From contig CAVPSB010000015.1 of the NCBI GenBank assembly GCA_963708025.1, positions 96,001 through 160,000 of the forward strand: a stretch of 64,000 nt of DNA, read 5' to 3'. Under the pieces are notes generated by a model. It saw nothing but the letters and a program-made list of their open reading frames with translations, searched no databases and was not told where the DNA came from. Source of the DNA: an uncultured Candidatus Rokubacteria bacterium (lineage in GTDB: Bacteria > Methylomirabilota > Methylomirabilia > Rokubacteriales > DASRDR01). Of the stretch, positions 28,618 through 38,461 are shown one piece after another; position 1 is the first letter of the stretch; each line of letters opens with the position of its first letter. Position numbers and translations under genes: made by a program.

Positions 28618-30050
28618 CGCTCCATCGCGCGTCGATTGGTGTGCCGCTCGTGCCACCGGAGCTCCCGCATGCGCTCGGTCAGGTGGCGCCCGATCGCCGC
28701 CCGGTCCTCTCCGTCCCACCGCCGGTACAGCGCGATGACCGGCCGGCCGCAGTCGGGACACCCGGCGTCCGAGACGAGGCGCAGGAGCCCCTGCACGTCG
28801 ACCGAGCCGTCGGCGTGCGCCCGCACCTTGGGCGCGGTCGCGAAGTCGAAGATGTAGCTCCGGCGGCGCTGGCCGGTCGAGGCGCGCTCGAACTGGCCGA
28901 ACCACTCGTCGGCTTCCCAGGCCATCCAGTCCCCGGCCAGGCCCTCGACGTCGATGAGCACCGGCTCCCGCATGGTCGTGCGGGCCCGCCCGTGGGGGTC
29001 GGGGATCGGACGCGCGGCCGGCCGGTCGTCCGCGAAGTGCGGCATCACCCGCTCGGCGAAGAGCTCCATCGACCGGACGATGTCGCGCTGCGGCTGGCCC
29101 CAGTCGAAGTTGACGATGAACGCCTGGGCGCCCAGCGCCTCGTACTGGCGGAGCCGCTCGACGCAGTGCTCGGGCTCGCCGATCACCCCGCGCGCGATCA
29201 GCTCCTCCGCCGAGATGTCGTACCCCTTCGGCAGCGGCACCGCCTCGGTGAAGCCGTCCACGGTCGGGGCGGCGTTCTGGTGGAGGTTCCACTGGACCGT
29301 GTGGTACTCCTGCAACTGCTCGGCGGCCCGCCGCGCCTCGGCCTGGCTGGTCGTGACCCAGACCTCCCGCGACAGGCGCACCGGCGGCCGGTCCACCCCG
29401 AGGTCCTCGCAGATGGCGGCGAGCAGCCGCATCTGCCCCTCGAGCCGCCCGATGGGCTGGCGCTGGGCCGCCATCATGATGCCGATGCCGTGCTCGGCCG
29501 CGAAGCGCATGCTGTCCGGCGTCCGCGCGGCGATCCACGTCGGCGGGCACGGCCGCTGGAACGGGCGGGGGACCACGGTCACCTCGGGGAACTTGAAGTG
29601 GGTCCCCGCGTAGGCGAAGTCGGTCTCCGTCCAGGCCCGGAGGATGATCTCCAGGGCCTCCTGCTGGCGGGCGGCGGCCAGGGGCTCCGTCATGCCGAGC
29701 CGCTCGTACTCGTACTTGAAGCCGCCGCGGCCGAAGCCGATCTCCAGGCGCCCCCGCGTGAGCTGGTCGGCCAGCGCGACCTGGCCCGCCACCAGGAGGG
29801 GATCGTAGTATGGCGTGATGACCACCGCGGTGCCGAGCCGGACGCGGGTCGTGCGGTGGGCGGCGTCCACGACGTTGATGAGGGGGGCCGGCGAGCAGAG
29901 CTGGTTGGTGAACTGGTGCTCCGGGAACCAGACGGTGTCCATCCCCATCTGGTCACACAGCCGGATCTGCTCCAGCCCGTCGGCGTACACTCGCTCGAAC
30001 GGCTCGGCGGCGTCCGTCCGGGTGTGGGTGACGAAGTAGTCGAACTTCAT
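28614..30050 (-). CDS. Luciferase-like (LLM-class) flavin-dependent monooxygenase with an extra C-terminal domain
   Basis: WFPEHQF, RVRLGTAV, GRLEIGFGRG, PRPFQRPCPP, SMELFAERVMPHF, then ~135 further residues containing CPDC. Confidence 0.9.
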   Translation of the reverse strand: MKFDYFVTHTRTDAAEPFERVYADGLEQIRLCDQMGMDTVWFPEHQFTNQLCSPAPLINVVDAAHRTTRVRLGTAVVITPYYDPLLVAGQVALADQLTRGRLEIGFGRGGFKYEYERLGMTEPLAAARQQEALEIILRAWTETDFAYAGTHFKFPEVTVVPRPFQRPCPPTWIAARTPDSMRFAAEHGIGIMMAAQRQPIGRLEGQMRLLAAICEDLGVDRPPVRLSREVWVTTSQAEARRAAEQLQEYHTVQWNLHQNAAPTVDGFTEAVPLPKGYDISAEELIARGVIGEPEHCVERLRQYEALGAQAFIVNFDWGQPQRDIVRSMELFAERVMPHFADDRPAARPIPDPHGRARTTMREPVLIDVEGLAGDWMAWEADEWFGQFERASTGQRRRSYIFDFATAPKVRAHADGSVDVQGLLRLVSDAGCPDCGRPVIALYRRWDGEDRAAIGRHLTERMRELRWHERHTNRRAMER

Positions 30051-30121
30051 TCGGGACCCCCCCCACCCCCATCCCCTCCCCACCTGCCGGGGGGAGGGGG
30101 GTCGGCCCTCGCGACCTCCGA
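30051..30121 (-). repeat. G/C palindromic element, copy 5 (minus orientation)
   Basis: Reverse complement reads CCGACCCCCCTCCCCCCGGCAGGTGGGGAGGGG...GGGGTCCCGA, directly abutting ATG 30050. Confidence 0.8.
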
Positions 30122-30176
30122 GCTGCCCTGGCGAGGTAACGGCCTCGCGTGGTGTTCGGCGAACTGCATTGGGTCG

Positions 30177-31028
30177 CTATCCTCCGTCGAGTCCTAGCAG
30201 CTCGAGGGGGCGCTCGTAGAGCACGCTCTCGATGACGCGCTCGGGGATGCGGGGCAGGTTGGTGCCCTCGACCATGCGGTTGAGGCCGCGGAACTGCTCG
30301 ATCGCCAGCTCCGGGGTGGCCACCGGGAAGTCGGTCCCGAACAGGAGCTTGTCTTCCACCCGGTACTCCAGGGCCAGGACGAGCCCGTTGTAGAGCTGCC
30401 ACGGGCGGTGGTACCGCGCCGACAGATCGGCGAAGACGCGCGGGTTCTTGCGCATCAGCATGACCGTCTCGGCCATCCACGGCTGGCCCAGGTGCGCCAC
30501 GATGATCGGGAGGTCCGGGAAGGCGCGGGCGACCGGGTCGAGGAGCACGGGGTTCGCGGTCTCCAGCGAGGCCGACGCCGGGTAGGCCCCGCCGGCGTGG
30601 AACATGACCGGGACCCGCCACCGGTTCGCCAGCTCGTAGAGGCGCCAGGCCTCCGGCATGCGGGGATCGAAGCCCTGGTAGGCTGGCGAGAGCTTGAGGC
30701 CGCGGAGCCCCAGCTCCCGGACCGCCCGCTCGAACTCCCGGGGGGCGTCGGCCTGCCGGGGGTTCACCGAGGCGAACCCGATCGCCCGGCCGCCCGACTC
30801 GGCCACCTGCTGGGCCACGAAGTCGTTCGGGACGTTGGGGCCGTGCGGGGCACCCCACTGGACCCCGACGATCACGTAGCGGTCCACGCCGGCCATGGCC
30901 CGGCGATGGGTGGCCGGCGGCGCATCGAGCGCGCCCACCCGGTCCTGCATCTCGCTCGCCTGGTCGGGGGTGAAGTGCTCGCGGAGCCACACGTGCGAGT
31001 GCCAGTCGATGAGGGAGCGCCCCGCCAC
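30177..31028 (-). CDS. Amidohydrolase 2 family protein
   Basis: IDWHSH, GLRGLKL, VMFHAG, IIVAHLGQP, LLFGTDFP. Confidence 0.9.
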   Translation of the reverse strand: MAGRSLIDWHSHVWLREHFTPDQASEMQDRVGALDAPPATHRRAMAGVDRYVIVGVQWGAPHGPNVPNDFVAQQVAESGGRAIGFASVNPRQADAPREFERAVRELGLRGLKLSPAYQGFDPRMPEAWRLYELANRWRVPVMFHAGGAYPASASLETANPVLLDPVARAFPDLPIIVAHLGQPWMAETVMLMRKNPRVFADLSARYHRPWQLYNGLVLALEYRVEDKLLFGTDFPVATPELAIEQFRGLNRMVEGTNLPRIPERVIESVLYERPLELLGLDGG

Positions 31029-31387
31029 GGCGTCAGCCCTTCCTGGTCCGCCGGTCGTGAGAGCGTGAGTCACCCTGGACCATGCCAGGACCATAGGGCC
31101 CGCGTCTGCCTGCTGTCAACCGTCGGATCGAGACTCTCGGCGCTGTTGCGGTCCCCGAATCCGAAAGAACGTCGCCACTCGGCGGCGGCGGCGTAGCTGG
31201 GTGTCGGCGCGATTGCCGTGCTCGTCCGTCTCGATCATGCGGACGGCGCCGGGCAGCCGCATGACGGATCGTGCATCGGCGCCAGGATCGCGTTCGACGG
31301 GCGTACCTGTACCGGGGTATGCTTCGAGGTGGCGTCCTTCTGGCAATCAGGCGTGCTGAGCTATCTTGATCTTGACGGGGGGCTGGT

Positions 31388-31674
31388 ATGAGCGCTCCAC
31401 GGCCCATTCTCGCGGTCATCCTGACCATGGGCCTCTTCTCTTCCGCGAGAGCGTCGAGACCGGTGGCCTCATGGCCTATGGGCCCAGCTTCTACGATCTC
31501 GGGCGTCGCGCGGCCAGCTACGTGGACAGAATTCTGAAGGGCGCCAAGCCCGCCGATCTCCCCGTGGAGCAACCGACCAAGTTCGAGCTGGTCGTCAATC
31601 TCAAGACTGCGAAGGCGCTGGGGCTGACGATCCCGCCGTCGCTGCTCGTGCTCACGGATCAGGTGATCGAGTGA
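31388..31674 (+). pseudogene. Internally deleted ABC_sub_bind-type substrate-binding protein gene
   Basis: ATG 31388 gives signal-like [17 protein letters not shown], joined out of frame to the C-terminal GGLMAYGP...[29 protein letters not shown]; paralog of 48083..49090. Confidence 0.75.
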
Positions 31675-31705
31675 CCGAGTCGGGGCCCCGCCGGCCCAGG
31701 GTCCC

Positions 31706-32272
31706 ATGACCAGCGACCGGATCGAACCCCCCGCGTACTTCATGGGCATCGCGATGGCCGTCCGTCGCCGGGCGGACTGCCTCGGCAACCGGGTGGGCTC
31801 GATCGTCGTCCTGGACCGCCGGATCATCTCGACCGGGTACAACGGCACACCCGAGAACATGCCGAACTGCACGGAGGGCGGCTGCCACCGGTGCTCGAAC
31901 CGCGACCGGTACCCCCCGGGGACCGGCTACGACCTGTGCATCTGCGTCCACGCCGAGCAGAACGCCCTGCTGGCGGCCGCGCGCTTCGGCATCTCGGTGG
32001 ACGGCGCGACCATCTACTCGACGATGCGACCGTGCTTCGGCTGCACCAAGGAGATGCTCCAGGCGAGGATCGTGGAGGTGTACTTCCTTCACGACTGGGC
32101 CCCTCCGGATCAGGACCCGGAAAAGCAGACGCAGTATGCCCTGATCCAGGGCCGCTTCCCCGGCGGGATCCGTCACCTCGACGTTCCCGATCCCGACGCC
32201 GACTGGGCCGTCTCGAGGCGCCGCGAATCGGGCAAGGGACGGACCGACGAGCTTGGCCACACATCGTTGTGA
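31706..32272 (+). CDS. dCMP deaminase family protein (ComEB-like)
   Basis: TGYNGTP, HAEQNA, PCFGC Zn motif. Confidence 0.9.
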   Translation: MTSDRIEPPAYFMGIAMAVRRRADCLGNRVGSIVVLDRRIISTGYNGTPENMPNCTEGGCHRCSNRDRYPPGTGYDLCICVHAEQNALLAAARFGISVDGATIYSTMRPCFGCTKEMLQARIVEVYFLHDWAPPDQDPEKQTQYALIQGRFPGGIRHLDVPDPDADWAVSRRRESGKGRTDELGHTSL

Positions 32273-32364
32273 GAGCAGTCGAAGACATCTGCTGCTCAGA
32301 TGACGGGCGCCATCGCGTTCCAGGAGAGCCAGCGAGCGGCGGCCGACCCTCCACGGGGGGAGCG

Positions 32365-33498
32365 ATGAGGTACGGCTTCTTCACCACGCTGGCCGAGCCG
32401 GACAACAAGCGGCCCTACTCGCAGATCCTCCGGGACCTGCGCGAGCAGACGGTCTTCTGCGACCAGGCCGGATTCGAGACCGTCTGGCTGGCCGAGCACC
32501 ACTTCGGCCCGGAGGGCATGGGCAACATCCCCAACCCGGTCCTCATCGCCGCCGACCTCGGCCCGCGCACCCGGCGGGTCCGCTTCGGGATGTGCGCGGT
32601 CATCCTGCCCTGGTGGCATCCCATCCGCCTGGCCGAGGACCTGGCGACGCTCGATCACCTCCTGGAGGGCCGGCTCGACGTCGCCGTCGGCCGCGGCGTG
32701 TGGCCGCGCGAGGGCCCGAACTTCCACCCCAAGGCCGATCCGCGGAACCCCGACGCCAACATGGAGCTGTTCCGGGAGACTCTGGACGTCCTCCGGAAGT
32801 GCTGGACCGAGGAGTTCTTCGCCCACGAGGGGCCGAGCTACACCTTCCCGGCCGCGAGCACCCGGTGGAGCCACCCCATGTTCCCGGCCGATCCCCGCTG
32901 GCGCGACGGCGACCGCGTGATCCGGCTGAACGTGGTGCCGCGCCCGTACCAGCGCCCGCACCCGCCGCTCTGGCAGGTGTGCTCGAGCCAGTCGTCGATC
33001 GAGTTCGCGGCCCGGAACGCGATCGACGCGCTGGTGTGGCAGCCCCCGCCGAAGGCGATCCGCCACTTCGGCCAGATGTACGCGCAGTACCGGGCCGAGG
33101 CCGAGGGCCGCCCGGTCGACCCGAAGCGGCACCTCGGCGTGCTGCGCCAGGTCTACGTCGCGCCGACCATGGAGCAGGCGCAGCGCGAGGCGCGCGACAG
33201 CGCGTCCTTCGTCTTCCTCTACAACAACCCCTTCCGCGGCCTCGCGATGTTCATGAACCCCGGCGAGCAGCCGGAGCCCGGCATGAAGATGGGTTACGAC
33301 TTCCTCGTCGAGCGGGGCAACATCATGGTGGGGTCGCCGGACTACGTGGTGGAGCGGCTCGAGGAGCTGCGCGAGGTGGCCGGCGTGGACTACGTGCTGG
33401 CCGACATGGCGCTGCCCTACATGGGCCAGCGCCAGATCCTCGCCAGCATGGAGCTGTTCGCGACCAAGGTCATGCCGCGGCTCGCCGCCGGCGCCTGA
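32365..33498 (+). CDS. LLM-class flavin-dependent monooxygenase
   Basis: WLAEHHF, HPIRLAEDLATLD, GRLDVAVGRG, PRPYQRPHPPLW, MELFATKVMP. Confidence 0.92.
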   Translation: MRYGFFTTLAEPDNKRPYSQILRDLREQTVFCDQAGFETVWLAEHHFGPEGMGNIPNPVLIAADLGPRTRRVRFGMCAVILPWWHPIRLAEDLATLDHLLEGRLDVAVGRGVWPREGPNFHPKADPRNPDANMELFRETLDVLRKCWTEEFFAHEGPSYTFPAASTRWSHPMFPADPRWRDGDRVIRLNVVPRPYQRPHPPLWQVCSSQSSIEFAARNAIDALVWQPPPKAIRHFGQMYAQYRAEAEGRPVDPKRHLGVLRQVYVAPTMEQAQREARDSASFVFLYNNPFRGLAMFMNPGEQPEPGMKMGYDFLVERGNIMVGSPDYVVERLEELREVAGVDYVLADMALPYMGQRQILASMELFATKVMPRLAAGA

Positions 33499-33514
33499 TC
33501 CGGCCGGAAAGGCA

Positions 33515-34299
33515 TCAACCCGGCGTCACGAACTCCTCGACGAGCCGCGCCACCGCTCCGGCGCCTCGATCAGGAGCGAGTGGCGGAGCCCCGGCAGGAC
33601 GTGGAGCCGCGAGCCCGGGATCCGCTCGTGCATCAGCCGGGCCAAGCGCGGGCTCGAGCCCACGTCGCCCTCGCCGGTGACGATCAGCGTCGGGGCCTGG
33701 ATGCGGCCGAGCTCGCCGGCGAGGTCCGTCGTCGCCAGGACCCGGTAGGCCGCCGCGTAGCAGCGGGGGTCGTTCTCCATGTTGCGGGCCGCGTAGCGCT
33801 CGATCAGCTCGGGGTTCCTCCGCCGGAACTCGTCCGAGAACCAGCGCCCGACCGAGCGCCGGAAGTGCTCCCCGGGGATGCCGTCCTGGACGAGGGCGAG
33901 CCGCTCGAGGACGCGCTGCCGCTCCTCCTCGGTGCGGCCGCCGGCGGTGCTGAGCAGGACGAGCCGGTTCACCCGCTCGGGGGCGTCGAGGGCGAGCCGC
34001 TGGGCCACCATGCCGCCGAGCGAGTGGCCCGCCACGTGGCAGCGGGCGAGGCCGAGGTGATCGAGCAGCGCCAGGGCGTCCTCGGCGAACAGCTCGACCG
34101 AGTACGGCCCCGGCGCCTTCGACGACTCGCCGTGGCCACGCAGGTCGTGGCGGATCGTCGTCAGCCGGCCGCCCAGGGCCGCCACCACCCCGTCCCAGTT
34201 GTCGAGCCGCGCCCCGACCCCGTGGATCAGCAAGAGGGGTGGGCCGCTCCCCTCGACGACGTAGGCGGTGTCGACGCCGCTCCGCGCGAAGGAGCTCAC
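33515..34299 (-). CDS. Alpha/beta hydrolase (3-oxoadipate enol-lactonase-like); probable frameshift near 33555
   Basis: LLLIHG, DLRGHGES, GHSLGG nucleophile, GEGD, H in GLRHS; restoring one base gives ...VARLVEEFVTPG-stop. Confidence 0.85.
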
Positions 34300-35816
34300 G
34301 CGCGCTCGGCCGGGCCGGCCGCGCGCTCGCGCAGGATCCGCTTCAGGATCTTCCCCGACGCGCTCTTCGGCAGCTCGTCCACGAACGCCCAGGCCCGCGG
34401 CACCTTGTAGCCGGCGAGGTGCCGGCGACAGTAAGCGTCCAGCTCGTCGCCGGTCGGCCCGGTGCCGGGCCGGCGGACGACGAAGGCCCGGGCGATCTCC
34501 CCCTTGACCGCGTCCGGCATCCCGACGACCGCGCACTCGCCGACCGCCGGGTGGCGGTAGAGCACCTCTTCCACCTCGCGCGGCCAGATCTTGAAGCCGG
34601 CCGTGTTGACCATGTCCTTCACGCGGTCCACCAGGTACAGATAGCCGTCGTCGTCCGTGTAGCCGACGTCGCCGGTGTGGAACCACCCGCCCCGCATGGC
34701 CACCCGGGTCTCCTCGGGCCGGTTCCAGTAGCCGAGCATCACGTTCGGTCCGCGGAAGATCACCTCACCCCAGGCCCCCGGCCGGACGTCGCGGTCCTCT
34801 TCGTCCACGACGCGCATCTCGACCATGTCCACCGGCGTGCCCACCGAGCCGGGCCGATACTCGTGCTCGTGGTTGAACGTGGCGGCCGGCGAGGTCTCGG
34901 TCAGGCCGTAGCCCTCGACGATGGTCTGCCCGTAGCTGTCGCGCCAGCGGCGCGCGATCTCCACCGGCATGGTGGCGGCGGCCGACTTGTAGAGGCGCAC
35001 GCTGGCCACCGCCTCCGGCCGGATCCCGGCCTCGAGGAGGGTGATGTAGATGGTCGGCACGCCGGTCATGACCGTGACCCGGTGCTCCTCGATGGCCGCC
35101 ACGCAGCGCCCGGCGTCGAAGCGGCGGTGGAGCACGAGCGTCGAGCCGGCGTTGAAGCCGGCGTTCATCAGGACGTTCTGGGCCGCCACGTGGAACAGCG
35201 GCAGGCAGACGAGCAGGCGGTCCGCCGGTCCCATGCGCATGTAGCGGTTGACCGCGAACAGGTTGGAGAGGATGTTGCCGTGGCTCAGGGTCGCGCCCTT
35301 CTGGCGGCCCGTCGTCCCCGAGGTGTAGAGGATGGCCGCCGGCGCCGCCGGGTCCCGGTCGCACGCCCGGAGGTCCCCGGGCCGGCCGGCGCCGAAGGCC
35401 TCCAGCGTGGGCAGCCCGTCCACCTCGCCCTCGCAGATCACCACGCGGTCGCGGCGGAGCCCGTCGCCCACGAGCGGCGCCAGCCGGGGCCACGCGGCCT
35501 CGACCGTGAAGAGCGCGCCGGCGCCGGAGTCGGCCAGGAGGTACGCCAGCTCCTCGGTCGTCAGCATGACGTTGACCGACACCGCGACGGCGCCGAGCTT
35601 CTGGATGGCCGCGTAGGCGATCGCGAAGGCCGGGATGTTCGGCAGACACAGGGCCACGCGGTCGCCCGGCCGGACGCCCCAGGCCGCCAGCCCGTGCGCC
35701 GCGCGACTGGCCGCCGCGTTCAGCTCGCGGTAGTCGAGGCGCCGATCCTCGAACAGGATGGCCGGCTTGTCCGGGAAGTAGCGCGCGGCGCGCTCCAGCG
35801 CGTGGGCGACGTTCAC
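34296..35816 (-). CDS. Acyl-CoA synthetase (long-chain fatty acid-CoA ligase family)
   Basis: YTSGTTGRQKG, EGYGLTE, GWFHTGD, DRVKD, GYKVPR, SGKILK. Confidence 0.93.
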   Translation of the reverse strand: MNVAHALERAARYFPDKPAILFEDRRLDYRELNAAASRAAHGLAAWGVRPGDRVALCLPNIPAFAIAYAAIQKLGAVAVSVNVMLTTEELAYLLADSGAGALFTVEAAWPRLAPLVGDGLRRDRVVICEGEVDGLPTLEAFGAGRPGDLRACDRDPAAPAAILYTSGTTGRQKGATLSHGNILSNLFAVNRYMRMGPADRLLVCLPLFHVAAQNVLMNAGFNAGSTLVLHRRFDAGRCVAAIEEHRVTVMTGVPTIYITLLEAGIRPEAVASVRLYKSAAATMPVEIARRWRDSYGQTIVEGYGLTETSPAATFNHEHEYRPGSVGTPVDMVEMRVVDEEDRDVRPGAWGEVIFRGPNVMLGYWNRPEETRVAMRGGWFHTGDVGYTDDDGYLYLVDRVKDMVNTAGFKIWPREVEEVLYRHPAVGECAVVGMPDAVKGEIARAFVVRRPGTGPTGDELDAYCRRHLAGYKVPRAWAFVDELPKSASGKILKRILRERAAGPAERA

Positions 35817-35850
35817 GGTCCTCGTCCTCTCTCGTGGTCGCGACCGGCCC

Positions 35851-35880
35851 TTGACAGATCCGGCAGCCGTCCGCTATACG
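35851..35880 (+). promoter_or_regulatory. Sigma70-type promoter, possibly producing a leaderless mRNA
   Basis: TTGACA (35851)-N18-TATACG (35875), 8 nt before ATG 35889; no Shine-Dalgarno in between. Confidence 0.5.
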
Positions 35881-35888
35881 CAAGCCCC

Positions 35889-36924
35889 ATGAGCGACACG
35901 CCGGGCTATCGACGCATCGCCACCGAGGAGGCGTTCGCGCCCCCCGAGATCCTCGCGCGCTATCGGGCCCTCATCGAAGCGCAGCCCTCGGCGGATCCGG
36001 GGTTCACGAGCCTGTGGGGATTCTATCTGGGCCAGAGCCCCCGCGCCACCCAGCTCGTCGAGCGCCTCACCGACCTCGGCGAGCGACGCCTCTCGGACAT
36101 GGACGCGAGCGGGATCGCCACCCAGCTCATCTTCCTGACGGCGCCGGGCGTTCAGGTCTTCGACGCCGCCACCGGCGCCGCCCTGGCGCGGTCGAGCAAC
36201 GACCAGCTCGCGGAGGCGGTGCGCCGGCACCCCGCGCGGTTCGCCGGGCTGGCGGCCATCGCGCCCCAGGACCCGCGCGGGGCGGCCGCGGAGCTCGAGC
36301 GGGGCGTCCGGACCCTGGGGCTGAAGGGCGCCGTCATCAACTCCCACATCCGCGGCGAGTACCTGGACGATCCGAGGTTCTGGGAGATCTTCGAGGCCGC
36401 TGAGGCGCTGAACGTCCCCATCTACCTGCATCCCAACGCCCTGCCGCCGGCGATGGTCCGGCCGTTCCTGGAGGGCGGTCTCGACGGCGCCATCTACGGC
36501 TTCGCGGTCGAGACCGGCCTGCACATGCTGCGGATCATCGTGAGCGGCGTCTTCGATCGGTTTCCCGGCCTGCGGCTCGTCGTCGGCCACCTGGGCGAGG
36601 CCATCCCGTTCTGGCTCTCCCGGGTCGAACTTCATGCATCGGGCCTACGTGGCGGCCGGCCGGTACGAGCGCATGAAGTCGTTGAAGCGGAAGCCCAGTG
36701 ACTACGTGAAGGAGAACTTCCACGTCACGACCAGCGGCGTGGCCTGGGAGCCGGCGATCATGTTCGCCCTGTCGGTGCTGGGATCCGACCGGGTACTCTA
36801 CGCGATGGACTATCCCTACCAGTACGTTCCGGACGAGGTGGAGGTGATCGACGCGCTGCCGATCAGCGATCTCGACAAGAAAAAGCTCTACCAGCTCAAC
36901 GCCGAGCGCGTCTTCTCCCTCTAG
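35889..36924 (+). CDS. Amidohydrolase 2 family decarboxylase (LigW/gamma-resorcylate decarboxylase-like); frameshift near 36629
   Basis: RIATEEAF, IYLHP, GVFDRFP, GHLGE, then TTSG...YAMDYPY in the second frame. Confidence 0.85.
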
Positions 36925-37527
36925 GCGAGGTTCGCGAATAGCTCGTCGATCGACACGCCCCAGCCGGGCAGAACGCGCGAAGCGGCCGATTCACCCGGCC
37001 CGTAGCGCCTCACTTCCCACGCCGGCGCTCCCGGTCCGGTGACCGCATGGCGGACCTCGACCGTCGTCGTGTCCGGGTCCACCAGCCACAGCTCCCGCAC
37101 GCCCAGGGCCAGGTACGTGTCCGCCTTCGTGGTGCGGTCGTAGGCGGCGGTGCTGGCCGAGAGGTACTCGAACACCACGTCGGCCGACCGGCGCCGGTCG
37201 GGCATGCGCGCCAGCAGGGTGGCCGACACGTACATCATGTCGGGCTCCAGGTACGTGTCGTTCGACGTAGATCGGTGCGCGTGGATGCAGCACCTCCCCG
37301 GCGACGCCGTGAGTCAGGAGGAAGCCAACGAGTGACGCGTTCAACCGGGCATCGAGGCGATCGTGAGGGGGATCGGGCGGCGGAACCATGAAGAGGGTGC
37401 CTCCGATCAGCTCGTAGCGGACGCGCCCACCCGGATCCGGCAGCGCCCACAACTCCGCCAGCGAATACCGGCGCAGCAGCGGGGAGAAAACCGCGGATCG
37501 AGGGGTGCCCTTGTCGAGGACGGTCAT
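36921..37527 (-). CDS. Uma2 (DUF820) family PD-(D/E)xK endonuclease-like protein; frameshift near 37262
   Basis: RYELIGGTLFMVPPP...H; then (EPD)MMYV...DVVFEYLSAST..YDR..KADTYLALGVRELWLVDP...SRVLPG. Confidence 0.82.
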
Positions 37528-37614
37528 CGTGGCGCTCGCATGCTCGAGACCCGCCTGGACGAAGTATAGCACCCGGGTAGCAGCGGAGCCGGAGGCCGTA
37601 TCATCGAGCCGGGC

Positions 37615-38421
37615 ATGTCAGGCGTGCTGATCGTCAGGGACGCCGTCGAGGTGGCTCGCTACGGGGCGTTCGCTCCCGATCGTCCGGAGTGGGTGGACGT
37701 GCGCGGCGCCCTGCTGGGCGGACGATCGGTGGTCGTCCCCGGTGGGCGCCGCGGGGATTTCGCCCTGTGCGCGCCGGACGCGGCGTTCGTCGGGGTCGTC
37801 GGCCAGCCCGAGCGGCGCACCCTGGAGACCGCGCTCGCGCTCGCCGAGTCGGCGGGAAAGCCCGTCCCGGTGCTCGCGGTCGAGCCGGCCACGGCGGAGG
37901 CCGTTCACGGTCTGCTCGGCGACTGGACGTCCACGCCGGCCATCATGCACACGCGGAGCCTTTCGGCCGCGGGGCCGACCGGGGCCGACCTGGGGTGGCT
38001 CGAAGCGTCGCGTCCCGTCGATCCCGCGCTCCTCGCCCACGTGCCGGACGCGTTGCGGCGGGAGCTGCTGACCGCGGCACGGTTCGGTCCCATCGCATAC
38101 GCGCGGGCGGAGGACCGGGCCGTGTCGTTCGCGTATGCGCCCTGGCTGACCGAGCGCTGGTTCGACCTCTCCGTCGATACCCTCGAAGCCTACCGGCGCC
38201 GCGGCCTGGCGGTCGCCTGCGTGGAAGCCCTGGTCGCCCGGATCCGGGCGACGGGGCGGGAGCCCGTGTGGGGCGCGCTGGCGGACAACGAGGCGTCGCT
38301 AGGGCTGGCCGGGCGGCTCGGGTTCGCGCCGGTGGCGGAGACCGCCATCTTCCGCCGCCGGGCGGCTCCCGGGCCCCCGACAACCCACGTAACGTTGGAT
38401 AATCTTCCAGCGATCGGGTAG
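37615..38421 (+). CDS. GNAT family N-acetyltransferase
   Basis: VDTLEAYRRRGLA, DNEASLGLAGRLGF. Confidence 0.8.
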   Translation: MSGVLIVRDAVEVARYGAFAPDRPEWVDVRGALLGGRSVVVPGGRRGDFALCAPDAAFVGVVGQPERRTLETALALAESAGKPVPVLAVEPATAEAVHGLLGDWTSTPAIMHTRSLSAAGPTGADLGWLEASRPVDPALLAHVPDALRRELLTAARFGPIAYARAEDRAVSFAYAPWLTERWFDLSVDTLEAYRRRGLAVACVEALVARIRATGREPVWGALADNEASLGLAGRLGFAPVAETAIFRRRAAPGPPTTHVTLDNLPAIG

Positions 38422-38461
38422 GCTCGCGAAGACAGGCACACCACCGCAGAATGCAGAGATA

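Noticed and set aside
31100-31380. IS or transposase fragment in the atypical stretch before the SBP remnant
   Set aside because: No DDE/HUH motif or terminal inverted repeats recognised in any frame
31706-32272. dCMP deaminase as an anti-phage dCTP deaminase (AvcD/Dcd)
   Set aside because: Lacks the N-terminal P-loop kinase domain and there are no neighbouring defence genes; fits a housekeeping ComEB-like enzyme
36921-37527. Uma2 nuclease as part of a defence or toxin-antitoxin system
   Set aside because: Stand-alone gene with no methylase or antitoxin partner nearby
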